Part shown: positions 1 to 13,311 of the stretch, piece after piece
Layout of the letters: every line of letters begins with the position of its first letter
Numbering within the stretch: position 1 is the stretch's first letter
Assembly: GCA_030770535.1 (NCBI GenBank)
Contig: JASVEC010000015.1
Location: 620,001-684,000 of the forward strand
Direction of reading: 5' to 3'
Source: Batkoa obscura
Lineage: Eukaryota
Length of the DNA stretch: 64,000 bases
Position numbers and translations under genes: made by a program
The notes under the pieces: generated by a model
What the model saw: only the letters and a program-made list of their open reading frames with translations
Told to the model about the DNA's origin: nothing
Databases searched by the model: none

Positions 1-1233
1 GATGCAGTTGCCATGATCGATTTAATTGGAAGAGAGTTGGATTAAATGCAATTCTAGATTTGTGAATCCTACTAAAACTAGGTTTTAATTTGAGGCTATA
101 TGAATTGAATTTAGCGTATATGATATAATCCCTACATTTATTGGTCAGTAAATACGGTGGTTAATAAAATTATTTCATTTATCGACTTGATAATGAAATC
201 ATAGGTTAAAAACTAGGGTTATTTTTAACATTTTAATATATTATGGATCTTTTTATACTCTTGATATTAAATTTTTAGCTTAAAAGATGGCAGTTAAATA
301 AAAATATTATATATCATATGGGTTATATAATATTAAAACCTTAACTTTTGTTTTATGAAAACTAAACTATAAATAATTTGAAATATGTTTCTATCTATGG
401 ATCTTAATTTATTAGTTATATAATTGTACATAAAAAACGAGTTTTTTAAAAGGGATGACTTGTTTTTTCTTTGTAAAAATATTAAGTAATAAAAATTATT
501 ACAAAAAACATTAGATAAAACAAATATCTTAATAATCTTTGTAAACTATAAAATTTTAACTTCAGATATTAAAAAGTTAATTTATGGTCAATTTTGTTAT
601 GTAAAACATACTCTATTTGTTTTAATACCATTATTTTGAATTTAAAAATAGAGTTCCCTCCACATCATTCTTTTCATTATGAATATAAAGTAATAATAGG
701 AATTACATTCCGCTCCATTGTGAAAAGTAAATAAACTTTATTCCTAATAGCAAGCCAGTTTTGATTCACAAATACCTTATTCCAAAGTATTATCACAGTC
801 ACTATCAATTAAGGTTCTATACCTATTAAATTTTTATAATATTATAATTAAAATTTCTATTTCTTCGTAATTATGTAAAATTAACAGTATTATTTCTCAC
901 ATTTTCCTGCCTCTTTATCTATATTTGATTTTAAGGGTAAACTACATATAAAGACAACTTTCTTTCTCAAAGATTTGAAATGTTATATTCCTTAGCCTAA
1001 TAAGTCTAAATTATTTCATTGTGGATACTATATTTGATATAAAACCGATTGATGTTCTAACATTGCATTCATTGTATTTTGGGCTATAATTCGATCTAAA
1101 TTTAAAAATTATTTTAAATTAATTTTACCATATAATAATAGATCTAAATACTATAATGAAGAATAGTAGTTTTAACATTTGTATTATAATACTTTTCTTA
1201 ATGCAATGAATTTTAAAAGTGGAAACAACGAAT

Positions 1234-1331
1234 GGGGGTATATTTTTTTTGTTTAAGAATTTTACAACAAACTTTCCACACAAATAGCACTTAAAGGATG
1301 GAAAAAGTGATCAATCCAAAAAAACATCCCC
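1234..1331. mobile_element. ~99-bp MITE copy
   Basis: GGGGGTATATTTTT...AAAAACATCCCC terminal inverted repeats and family-typical core (TTTAAGAATTTT...TTTCCAC.CAAATAGCACTTAAA.GATGGAAAAAG); flanks GAAT/AAAT. Confidence 0.8.
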
Positions 1332-1442
1332 AAATAATAACTATATGAAAAAACGGATAAAAACTGTAAAACTTCATACCATTTTTATATAATATATAAG
1401 ATATATCTTACTAATATATATGATTTTATTGAAAACAAAATA

Positions 1443-3337
1443 TTAATTTCTAAAACCAGAATCCAAAGTATAAGTAAACTTTTGTTGTTTACCAAGTTCT
1501 AAATCATCATCACTATAATCATCAATATTTAAATGGCCTGCCAAAGGGTGATTTGGATGTAATTTAGAGGAAGCAAATGAATTATTTGCTGAATCAAGTA
1601 AATAAAATTTATCTTGTTTGCTAGAACTTGGTTGACTATTTTGAGTAGAATAGGTATTCTTATTAATACTAGGAAAGCGTGAAATGATGCTATGAGTAAC
1701 TTTAGGTGGTAACCTTTTTTTGTAGCGACGGAATAATATATAAGCAATAGTTAGGACAGCAGCTATAACTACTATAGAGATAGCTAATTTTATGCCAACA
1801 GATAAACCTTTATTTGCATCTAGATTTCCATTACCAAAAATTAAACCGGAACTAGGATCAGGCTCATCAAATGATAGATAACCATTAGGAGCGATAGTAC
1901 ATTGTGAAGGCTCAAATGTGGTTTTTGATGTATTACAATTATCATCGTCGTATAAATAGCTAAGTTTTCCTTCTGATAAATTTAATAACCAAATTGCAGA
2001 ACCAGAAGTAGTGTATTTTGAATATTGAGCAATTGTGAAATCTAAAAGTTTTAATTACTATAACTAAAAGAATAAAAATTGTTACCTTGTATTACTAAAT
2101 CGGGTCTTGTTACCGCAGTTTCAAACCAATCTGAATAACCATGTTGATTTAATCTTCCATCCAGATTGAACACTTTTTGGGCCTTTAAAAAATATGGCCA
2201 GTCATTAGTTTGATCTGCTTTATAACCTGCTCTTTTGAACCATTCATTATAAGTATTGGATAATTCCCTCTCATCTTTGATATTTTTTGTTTTATTTATG
2301 CTTCTTTTTCTGTCTTCATTATTAATATCAACAACCATACCACTTACTCCAATAACGTCTTGAAAATCCCCTATTCTTTCTTGACCTTGGAACTCATTAT
2401 TAGGGGTTACTTGCCAATTAAGAATAGAACCTGACATTTGACTTAAGCTAGTTAAATATGTACTTCTTGGTATACTCCATTTTCCACCTGATTTATTAGC
2501 TTCATAACTGGTAAATGAGATATATTGGTGATATTGAAGTTTACTTAAATTATGAGTATGACAATCAGCTGATTTTTTAATAGCATTATAAATGTTTTCT
2601 GCTACTATTTCTTTATTGAAAAAAGCTGCAATAAACATGATCCATTGGGCTTTCTTTTATAAATAGATAAATAAATGAAATTAAATAATAAAAATATATA
2701 TTGACTTACTTGTAAAGGGCCATATTCTTCTTTATAAAAATTTAATGGAACAACGATATTCCCTTCTTCATATGTATCTCTTGAATCCTTGATAAACAAT
2801 AATTGAGAATCCGAAGGTTGTTTATCAACTTTAGTTATTTTGCCTTCTTTTATATTCTTTGATACACAGGGACTAGTTATCTTTTCAGTTTCTCCTAAAA
2901 TTGATGTAATTACATCCCTTAATCCCAACATTTCAAGCCAAGCTACAGCTGGTCTTGCTGTATCTTTTACTGTGACTTTGGTGAGTGGTAACGAAAAACG
3001 AATATCAGCTTCAATTACTGGTACCTTGGTACCAGCACAATACAAAACATATGTTCTTTGATTTATATTATCTTTGATTATTTTATAAGTAGAGAAATAT
3101 TCAATTGAAAATCCACTAATATTTCCTACTAATATTAACTAAGTTAGTGTTTAGCTATTAAGATAAAGTATTAGTATTACACTTTGCTTTGCTTCCATTC
3201 GTTGTAGGTTTAATATTACTAAAATAATCATTTTCATTAGTACTATTACATTCAATTACACCAGATATGCTAGAATTGATATAGCTTATTTGAATTACAA
3301 GATATAAAATTGCCAGTAAGTTTATTTTTAAACTCAT
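1443..3337 (-). CDS. Single-pass membrane periplasmic-binding-protein-like protein (TroA/BtuF fold; CBA1-like), 4 exons
   Basis: Signal peptide MSLKINLLAILYLVIQISYINS. Spliced motifs FSIEYFSTYKII..TYVLYCAGT, WLEMLG, ITSPC, GPLQ|KAQWIMFIAAFFNKE and DWFETAVTRPDLVIQ|D. C-terminal TM LAISIVVIAAVLTIAYILF followed by RRYKKR; stop TAA at 1443-1445. Confidence 0.75.
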
Positions 3338-4282
3338 TATTTTATAGTAAAAAACAAATTACTGAAAAATTTATATTATTCAATTTATTAAAATTAAAAA
3401 TTATTTTAGGAACTTTAAAGTGATTGGCTATCCTTGATATCAAGAACTAAAATTAAAGTTCTCAGACTTTATAATTTATAGACTGTAGAATAGATTATAA
3501 GTGATAAGGATTTTAAAATTATTTTCTTACACAATTTAATTAAAAATCTACTTACTGCCTTTTACAAACTTCAATTAGTTTTTTATATAGTTTAAGAATT
3601 TAAGGATATTAAAGTGTTATTCAAGCATAATTAAGATAAAAATTTTATCTTATTAAATTTGTAGCATTTTATATGAAGCAAAACAATTTCTATAGTTTCT
3701 TCCTTATATTCAATATGATATTATTGAAATTTATTAAAAAGAAGTAAAGTTCTTCATATAATGAAAGACATAAAAAATAAACTACGAATGAAATCTAAAA
3801 AATAAGAAGATTGTATTAATCTATACCGTTTTTGGTCCAATATTTATTAGTTCATAGAAACAATTTACATTTATAGACCTGGTTTATGAACAAAGATTAT
3901 AGCAAAATTAATCGTAATAATCATGATCATACAATTGAAGTTATACAGTTCTTTAATATTATCATGCTAACTATCTTATCCATATTTGCATTTAAAGTAG
4001 CACATAGGAGTCATTTTGATCATTACATGATTCCATTATTGTGAGCCTCATATGAGAATTTTAGTGATTTAAATGAATTTTGTTTAGTACTTATACTTAG
4101 AAATCAAGAAATAGCATAACAAAATACTCCTCAACTTTATATTACACCTAAAGCAATATAAGTGAGAATTATCAAATTCAATTAATAACTAGTTTATTTT
4201 TTTTAAAACAATTTTGTTATTAAAACATTGTTACTACCTTTTATTAGTTCATTATTAATTAAACTATCATTAATTACATTAT

Positions 4283-6270
4283 TCAAAACGCATTTTCTAA
4301 TCTATCAATAATTTTATGATCATAGAATTGTAAATTATAATTATTTATGACATTTTCCTTCATTTCATTTGTATTATTATTATTGTCATTACCATTACTT
4401 AACTCATGAATGTATTTATTTAAAATAATACAAAAAAATAAATGAAATTGTTCTAAATTTGTAAATTCTTTCTTCTCCAATAGCTCTTTAGATAACAGTC
4501 CATCCTGATCAGCTAATAATATACCCACCATTTTTTGATACATTTTACTTAATGTAATTAAATTCAATAAAACTTCATCTTTATCTTTTATATTATCTTT
4601 TTGAAACTTACTCAATAATTCTTTGATCTCTTCATTTAACCCATCATTGTTACTTTCTGATACTTCCATTTTATATTTGTCATCATTGATTCTTTTATCT
4701 AATAAAAATACACTTACATCCATGCATACTGATATTACATATGCTGCAGTAACTAATCCCAATAAAGAATAAAATATCATAATTCCTCGACCATATACTT
4801 CTTTAGGTACAAAATCTCCATAGCCTATAGTTGTAAATGATACAAAACAAAAATAAATACCATCAAAATAAGTCCATGTCTCTGCATACATAAAAACTAC
4901 TCCACCTATAAACCTAAATGAAATAAATATAAGTAAATATATATATATACAAATATACAAATATACAAATATACAAATATACAAATATACAAATATACAA
5001 ATATACAAATATACAAATATACAAATATACAAATTACAAATTTACAAATTTACAAATTTACAAATATACAAATTTACAAATATAAATATATAAAAATTAC
5101 CAAAATAAAGCTAAAGCTAATATTGAAAACATTAATTGATGTTTAATAATATACCATTTTTCATTTAATAAATTATTGTGATACTCATATCTTATATAAT
5201 TAGCATTTTTATAATCAAAGCTGGAACTTAAGAATTGTTGAATATTTTTATAGTTGATTTTTGAGTCATGATTCTCTATTCTTTTCATGTTCTTTAAAAA
5301 CATACTTTCAACACTTTTCAATAAAGCTATACGCACTGAATTGATTAATAAAGCTGTAAACGTAATTCCTATTATAGCATAAAAAAACAGAAAGATTTTG
5401 GTACTCAATAATTTTGGTGTTAAATCTCCAAAGCCCATCGTTGTATTTGTTACTTAAAATCAAATATTAAATAAATATTAAATAAATATTAAATAAATAT
5501 TAAATAAATATTAAATAAATATTAAATAAATATTAAATAAATATTAAATAAAGTTACCTAATGTAAAATAAATTCCGTCAATAAAACTCCAACCTTCTAA
5601 ACCACAAAAGATAATAGCACCTATTTTAGACCATATAATTGTTAACATACAATAGATTACTAACATTCGATGTTTCTTGGATATAATCTTGTTCTTTGAT
5701 GTCGTTTTATATTTGATAAAATCAAAAGTTAAAAATAGAACTGAAACTAAAGATAAACAAGTGGCCACTGAAGACAATATAAACTTATAAGAAACTTCTT
5801 TATGTTTGATTTCGGAATTCAAATAGTAAAAGACTATTGATATAGTCATTAAGACAACTAAAAGTAAATAGAGTTTAATATACTAAGATATAGAAAATAA
5901 CTACTTACAATAGATAAAAAAGAAAACAATACTTAGTATTGTATTCGAAACTATTCTTTTTCCCCAAAACCTAGTAACTAAAGTAATAGACCCAAACAGT
6001 TGAAATAAATTGGCTAGCGTACTACATATACTATTGACTAAAACAAATAAGTTTATTATTTAAAGTAAAATAATAATAGTAAAATCTACTTGGATGAAGT
6101 TTAAACTCTTTATTTTCAAATACATTATTTAACATCCATGAACTTTCTATAAAGGGTATACTTAATAAGATAGATAATGGAGTAATAATTCCAACGGTTA
6201 TGGTAAGCATCTTTAATGGTCTTTGTTGATGATTAGGCTGATAATTGACATTCTGAAATAAATGTTTCAT
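4283..6270 (-). CDS. TOK1: TOK-like 8TM/2P potassium channel, copy A (5 exons)
   Basis: Four N-terminal TMs, EGWSFIDGIYF, P1 TNTTMGFGD, ETWTYFDGIYFCFVSFTTIGYGD (P2); GT-AG introns at positions shared with the other five paralogs. Confidence 0.85.
4940..5085. repeat. Intronic 8-bp microsatellite (AAATATAC/AAATTTAC)n
   Basis: Direct tandem repeat in the last intron of TOK copy A; inverted counterpart at ~14510-14655. Confidence 0.9.
5462..5550. repeat. Intronic 11-bp tandem repeat (TAAATAAATAT) x ~8
   Basis: Period-11 repeat in the intron before P1; inverted counterpart at ~14047-14135. Confidence 0.9.
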
Positions 6271-8105
6271 TATCCTTGTAATATTAAAATATATCAAAAA
6301 AGGCAATTTTATTAGACTTGATTATTTTCTATTAAATGGAACTTAGATCCTATTTTAAATCTATTGCTTACCCTTTGAATACTAATCTGCCAAATTTCAA
6401 TTGGGCTAATCTTATTGCTTAATTTGATTAAATTAAACAAATTTCCTCCTTTTTACTACTCAAAGAATTAAATAGGGTTTTTTTTACAAAATTAAAGTAT
6501 AATCTATTTTACAGTCTGTTCCAATTCTGTCTCTCAGGGTATAACTTTGAAATCCTAATTTATAGCTTAAAACATCCATACAACTATTTAAAGTACTGAA
6601 TTATTTGGCGTAAAAAATCTGATTTATTGCATTCCTTGTTTCTTGAGTATAATTGTTGGTTGTCAAACTTCAGTCTATTAAATTTGCTATCTTTTGGTTT
6701 CTTATGTTTGGAAAGAAATATTAAGTATTTTTTGTTATAGGTTTTGATTTATTCATATTATAAACTAATTTGTCATATGCTTTTAATTATTTAGGGATTT
6801 TGTCCTATTTTAAGTTCAAAAATTTAAAAAATGATGACATTTCATTATAGAGTTTATAGTAAACTATTCAGCATTTATAGCATGTATGAGGAACTGAGAA
6901 TTAAATGAATCTAGAAAAGATACTCATATATTAATAGAAATGTTTGAAATTGACGTAAATAATCAAAACTTTTCTAATTTTTGGCTAGGAGTATATACTT
7001 ATTAGATTAAGTAGTAGAAGTTCATGAAGTCAAATGCTGATTTTTTTAAATGTTCAATTGACATTAAAACATTACTCATTTTTATCTTCTCATATTATTA
7101 ATATTTATAACAATGACTTTTAACAAACTCTGTATATTTATAATGTGACATTTTTCCTATTCTATTACTGTATCTCTTATTTATTATATTATCGAATAAA
7201 ATAAACTATAGACAACCATAAAAATATGCGGGTTTTTTATTGTTGAATATTATAGTTGAAATTGAAAATTTAATTATGAGAAAAGATAATTCACTTGGTC
7301 ATGTACTCTATGTGTTAATCAAAAATCAAAAAATTCCCAGACTTTATCTAAAAACAATGTTATTTATATTTAATTTATACTTACATTTTATTACCTTTTT
7401 TAATAATAATAAAATTACCTGTCAACATTCAAATAGATACTAAGCATCTATTTTAACTTTTAGTTTAGATAATATAAAAGTTAAAAATAGTTTAATTATA
7501 CATGTTAGAATATGATAGCGGTGTAATTCATCTATTCAAGATAAGAAATTATTTATTTCAATTCGATTTATATAAACTTCAATAAACTCAAAATTTGAAT
7601 AATTTGATGACAAATTATAGAAACTTAGAATGATTTAATACCATGTTTCAAAGCCTTTTATAAACCCTCAAAAATTTGATAAAATAATCAAAATTTTAAA
7701 ACATTTTATGACATTTGTTACTTTCAAGAAATATTATCATTTAGTTTGAAATTTATTTTAAATTATTAAGTTCTTGTTGTCAAAAGAATAGTTTCCTATT
7801 CTTTAATCTTCTATTTTATTATTAACTTTATTAAATATTCAATCATCTGCTAGCTAAACTCTGAATCATTTTACTTGAAAATAGCACAGTAATCTTGATA
7901 ACTAAAACAGTTATGAAAATAAACTGATAAGCTAAAATTAATGATTTCAATTGATTGGTTTCGTTTCAGATAAAGCTTATCATGTTAAATGGATTCAAAC
8001 AATTCAATAAGCCAAACTTAGTTAGAATGGAGCTAGATAAAAAGTATATAAAGGAGGACTATGAAGATTATTTTAAGTTATTACTAAAATACAATTTACA
8101 AAAAG

Positions 8106-8357
8106 ATGAACGAAGTTGCTCCTGTTATTAATGATACCCAAGTAAGTTTGAATTTTGAATGAATTTTTTAATTTATTTATATATATTTTTAATAGATTCC
8201 AACTTTCCCTAAAGCTAAATTACATGTTTATAACGATGATATAAACCATAATTGCATTCAATCAATTAATAAAAAGGAAAATAATGAAGGAAATTCAAAT
8301 AGTAAAACAACTGAAAAAACAAAGGAACCTTATCATATGGAATTACTTGAACGTTAA
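8106..8357 (+). CDS. Small two-exon hypothetical protein (65 aa), not in the ORF track
   Basis: ATG 8106; phase-0 intron 8142-8195 (GTAAGT...AATAG); MNEVAPVINDTQ|IPTFPKAKLHVYNDD...HMELLER*; TATATAAA about 60 nt upstream. Confidence 0.55.
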
Positions 8358-8947
8358 GTTACAAATTTAATCAAAAACCCTGAAGCCTGGATAGTAAATT
8401 ATTCAATCGATTTATTCATTAATACGATACGATGAATTAGGATATGACATCTGGGAGGAATATAACATTAATTTTAATGTTTTTATTTATTAATAAAATT
8501 TATGAATTTAATAATATAATCTTTTTTTATTAGTTTAAGTTTATTTTAAATTTATAATTTGTGACTAGATAGTTGGAACTTAAGTGTTAATTTGGATTAT
8601 TAAAAACTTAGTTCAATTTTTGTCTAATTTAGATTTTCAGCAAAAATTGCGAATCAAGTATAACACAATGTTATAAAGTCAATTGCTTTTTACTCAAATA
8701 TAAAATACATCCCTAGATATTAATAGAATATTAGCATAAGTAGTCTTAAAATTCTTAAACGCAAAAATACATCCTCATTTATTGAAATTAATAGTCCTTA
8801 GAATATTTTAAAAGGACAGAGCACAATAATATTTCTATTCAAATGATAATAGAAGAGGGTGATAATTTAAAGATTATTTTAGAGAAGTTCAATGATGGGA
8901 TATTAGTGAATTTTATAAAAGCAACAACTAGTTATCAAGTAATGAAT

Positions 8948-9012
8948 TGAGCGCGATAAGATTCGAACTCGAGATCTCCTATTGGATTAGTAGGAAAGCT
9001 ATTTTGCTACTC
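8948..9012 (-). other. Degenerate tRNA-like fragment
   Basis: Minus strand ...TCCTA-CTAATCCAA-TAGGA GATC TCGAG TTCGAAT CTTAT CGCGCTCA: anticodon-like stem and B-box GTTCGAAT, but poor acceptor and D arms. Confidence 0.25.
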
Positions 9013-9152
9013 AAAATTTCCTTGACAAATAAAAATGATTGATTCATAAAATTCAATCCAAAGATTTTAATCTCATATCCCATTAAAATTATCTCAATTT
9101 TTTAATTAACTTTGAAAAATCGATAAAATATCCCAGTAAAAAAAATAGAATC

Positions 9153-10002
9153 ATGTTAAAGGCGTTATATAGTAATATAATTAGAAAGTGTAGCAATTCA
9201 ACACCCAATATCTTTGTTTCTGAATCTCAAGTTTCTGGGTTTAGTTTGGTAAGCTTATTAAAATTAAGTTAATTATGAATAATAAATAACAATCTTTTCA
9301 TTTCAAAAAGATTGCTAAAAGACACAAAAAACGTAAACCAGCTTTAACAGTTAAATTATTGACCTATGTTGAAAAACTTGGCCAAGCTGGCGATATTATT
9401 AAAGTTCGACGTAAGTATTTTATTTCAATATAAATAAATAAATAAATAAATAATATTAATAAATAATATTAATTAATATTTTTTAGCTGGACATATGAGA
9501 AATGATTTATATCCAAATCAATTAGCCCAATATGTATTAAAAGATAAAAATCAAATTCATCGTGCACAATTAGAATTAAATAAAACTAAACAAGAAGATA
9601 AACCTGAGGTAGATATATTTAATATTTTAATTCCTAAAATGATTAATTATTTAAATTAAAAAGGCGACTTCAAGTAAGCAAAGTTTTGTTCAATATATGC
9701 GATTAGCTCGAATTCATCGAGAACTTCAAAATATTGAACAAGTGAGTTTTACAAGAGCAGTTATTGGTTCGGATGGTATGTTATACGGCTCCGTTACTAA
9801 TGAAGATTTGATACGTTATTTAAGAGATCAACATTATTTAGTTATTGATAAAGAGAGTCTTCAATTAGATAAAATTAAAAAAATTGGGACTTATTTTGCT
9901 AAAGTTAACTTAGATACTATTGGAGTACATAATTTAAAGGTTATTGTTATACCTGATACTCCTATTGAAGAGATTGTTAGTGAGAATCAAATTAATGTTT
10001 AA
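9153..10002 (+). CDS. Mitochondrial ribosomal protein bL9m (L9 family), 4 exons
   Basis: VKLLTYVEKLGQAGDIIKVR|.GHMRNDLYP N-domain; LYGSVT and IKKIGTY C-domain motifs; basic presequence-like N-terminus. Confidence 0.85.
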
Positions 10003-10934
10003 GTAAAAGATAAAGTAAAAAAATTAAAATCAATAGATTAAACTAAGTGAATTAATTTTATATTTCTATTTATAATATGTATATCTGGTTTTATATTATG
10101 TTTTTTTAATTTATTTTTTAGCTTTATTAAATAATTAGTCATAATATATAATTAATAATTAATGTATTATATTATGATTATTGTATAAAAAAATAAGTAT
10201 TTGATTAAAACTCTTAAATTATTATATTACAATAATTTAATCAAATGTCATATGCTATATAAATAAATTAGTTTAAATTATGTTAAGTATTGTAAGTTGT
10301 AATTCTTACTATATAGATGTTACCATTATACATAACTAAATAATTTTTATTGATAGTATATTAATTAATAAAATATTCTATGTTATATTTAATTAATATG
10401 AGAATTAATATACAATTAATTAATATAATATTAGGGTTATTTACATTTTTATTCAATTTAATTGAACCTTTTAATAATTTAATAATTTTTATTTTGTTTA
10501 TAAAATTCTATTCTTTATTCAACTTTTAAATCTAGTTTGAAATCTAAAATTAACTTTCAGAATAGAATAAGATAATTTAAGACAATAATAACTTTGAATT
10601 CTTATTTATTATTTAATTGTATTAACATACTGATATTAATATAATATAAAAAAGAAAATATTAATATTGTTAAATAAATAAAAGTGAAACATTAATTAAA
10701 AGTAGTAAAATTACTTCTTTAATGAGTCATGAAATCATATAGTCGGAGAAAAATAGGTGATGAAATAATCAAAAAGTTAAGACTTTACAAAGAATAAAAA
10801 GGAGGAGAGTACAATCAAAATGCAATTAAAATTGAACCAACAAGAAGACATATATAAATGAAAATAAAGTCAATTGAATTAAATTCTTTAACAAATTTTT
10901 ATGTGTTAAAATAAAATAAAAAATAAATTTTATT

Positions 10935-12844
10935 ATGATAAAACAAAAGATCAAAACAAAATATAATAAAATAAGATATTTACCAACTTTAGTGGGTACA
11001 CTAACTCCATTATCCATTTTATTAAGTTTTCCGTGTTTAATTGGTACTTGGATAAATGTAGATCGATTATCAGATCAAAAAGGAGATAAAGGACCAGGTA
11101 AACAATAATACTAATATTAATATCAATATTGATGGAATGTATTTATTATTTCTTTTTATTAATTATTAGTTATTACTTCACTTGTTATAATTGCCATTGT
11201 ATGTCAATTGATAGCAACAGTTGCTTTATTAGCACGATTTTGGGAAAAAAGAATTGTATTATCTACTTTTTTATCGATTGCTTTTTTTACATGTCATAGT
11301 AATTTATAATAGATAAAAAACAATAATAGTAATAATATTAAATTTAATCTTATTCTAGTTGCGTTTATCCTTGGTCCTATTATTAAGTTTTGGGTAGAAT
11401 ATTTACCTTTAGTACAATCTCAAGCCAATTTGAAATTCACAGGTGATTTTATGGCTGGTATTGGTGCAGCATTAATCTCTTTTATTTCTGTAATATTTCT
11501 ATTAATTGATTATTTTCGACAAGATCAATTAAGAAGAAAAGGTAGTGGTATTACAAATAGTCAACGTACTTTAGTTGTATTTGCTATTTTAGTTTCTATG
11601 TGGTCAGCTATTGGTGCTATTATTTTTTCTTCAGTTGAAAATTGGACATTTACTAGAGGTATTTATTTTACAATGGGTAAGTTATTATTAATTATTCAAT
11701 TCTTATAATATTGATTATGTTAATTATATTACAATTAGTTACTATGACTACTATTGGCTTTGGTGATTTAGTACCTAAAGAATTAGGCACTCGAATATTT
11801 CTATTTTTTTATGCAATTATTGGTATGGTTATGATGGGTATTTTAATTAATTCTATAAGAATAGTAATATTAGAAGGATTTGAGAATATATATATGGAAA
11901 AAGTGGAAGCATTATATAAAACGTATTATGGAGAAAGTATGAGTTCTAATGAAGATTTAGGTTTGTTAAGCACTAAACAACAATTATTAACTGGTCATTT
12001 TGAACCTCAAAATGCATCTAAAATTCGTAGAAAACAAAGAAAATTATTAAATAATGAAAAATGGACTTTATTAACTAGACAATTACAATTTTCCATTTTA
12101 AGTTTGATTTTATTTTGGTAAATAACATATAGAAATAATAATAGCTTAATATTTATATTAATTTTGAACTTTAGGTTTTTAGGTGCCGTAATCTTTATGT
12201 TGATTGAAGATTGGACTTACTTTGATGCAGTTTATTTTTGTTTTGTATCTTTTACTACTGTAGGATATGGCGATATCACTATCAAAACCTTTCCTGGGAT
12301 TTTAGCCTTTATAGGCTATTCATTATTAGGGTTAGTAGCTGCAGCTTATGTAATTTCTGTAGGTACTGAAATGAGTTCTCGAATATTTGAAAGAAGAATT
12401 GAAAAAATTAATTATAAACATCAAGCTAAAATTGAGTTAGAAAATGAAAATGAAGAGCAAATGGAATTAGACAATTTATTAAGTAAAATTAGTAATTTAA
12501 AAAATGAGAATAGTATGGAAGTTACATGTGAACTAATATCCTTATGTAAAATATACCAACGTCACGTAGCTACTCATTTGATTGATTCAGAAGGTTTATT
12601 ATCTAATGAAGTATTAATTAATAATGAGTTTCAACAGTTGGAATCATATCATAATTTATTTTGTAAAATATTATCACATTTTGAAAAAAAGGTAGATCCT
12701 AATATTATTTCAAAATATGATACTATAATTTCAAGAGAATTTACAGATACTTCATTAAATCCTTATAATACTCAATATAAAGATAATGAAGAAGATGATG
12801 CAAATACTATTGAATTAGAAAATTCAAAAAATCAATTACCTTAA
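10935..12844 (+). CDS. TOK1: TOK-like 8TM/2P potassium channel (most canonical paralog), 5 exons
   Basis: RYLPTLVG..., ENWTFTRGIYF, P1 VTMTTIGFGD, EDWTYFDAVYFCFVSFTTVGYGD (P2). Confidence 0.9.
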
Positions 12845-13311
12845 TAGTATATTTTTTATGTTGATTTTTGTATATTTTAATTTTGAAAATAAAATCAAGT
12901 TTATTTGTATTAAAAAAGGCTTATATAGCCACCTATTTCATAGTGTTAAATATTATATTTAAAATGAATTAATTTATTAAAATGTTGTATAAGCCTTTAA
13001 TAGCCTAATTATAGTATTTTATTTATTGTATATTAAGTTATTTGTTAAGTTCATATGTTTATAGCTTATTTCGAACATTTGATTTTAAACTTGTATGAAA
13101 TTTTATTCTAAACATTGATTCAAAAAATTAAGTAATAAATGTTTTTCTCGATTCTTTATTTTTCTAAAATTTATGCCACAAAAGAATAAAGGATTATGAA
13201 TTTAAAACAGTGAAACAAAAAAAGAAGTGTTTATAGTTAAACTAGAAGTTTATAATAAAAGGATGATCTACTCTTAAATAAATTCCTTTTTTATATTTGA
13301 TTATTATTAAA

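Noticed and set aside
1..45. Possible 3' end of a gene (DAVAMIDLIGRELD*)
   Set aside because: Too short to support
690..830. Minus-strand TLIDSDCDNT peptide reminiscent of a retropepsin DSG motif
   Set aside because: Short, stop-ridden, lacks the Gly, and no RT/integrase/LTR nearby
4915..5032. MYICIFVYLYICIF... N-terminus in the ORF track (also at 14566)
   Set aside because: Read-through of an intronic microsatellite; the real exon starts at FIGGVVF after the AG acceptor
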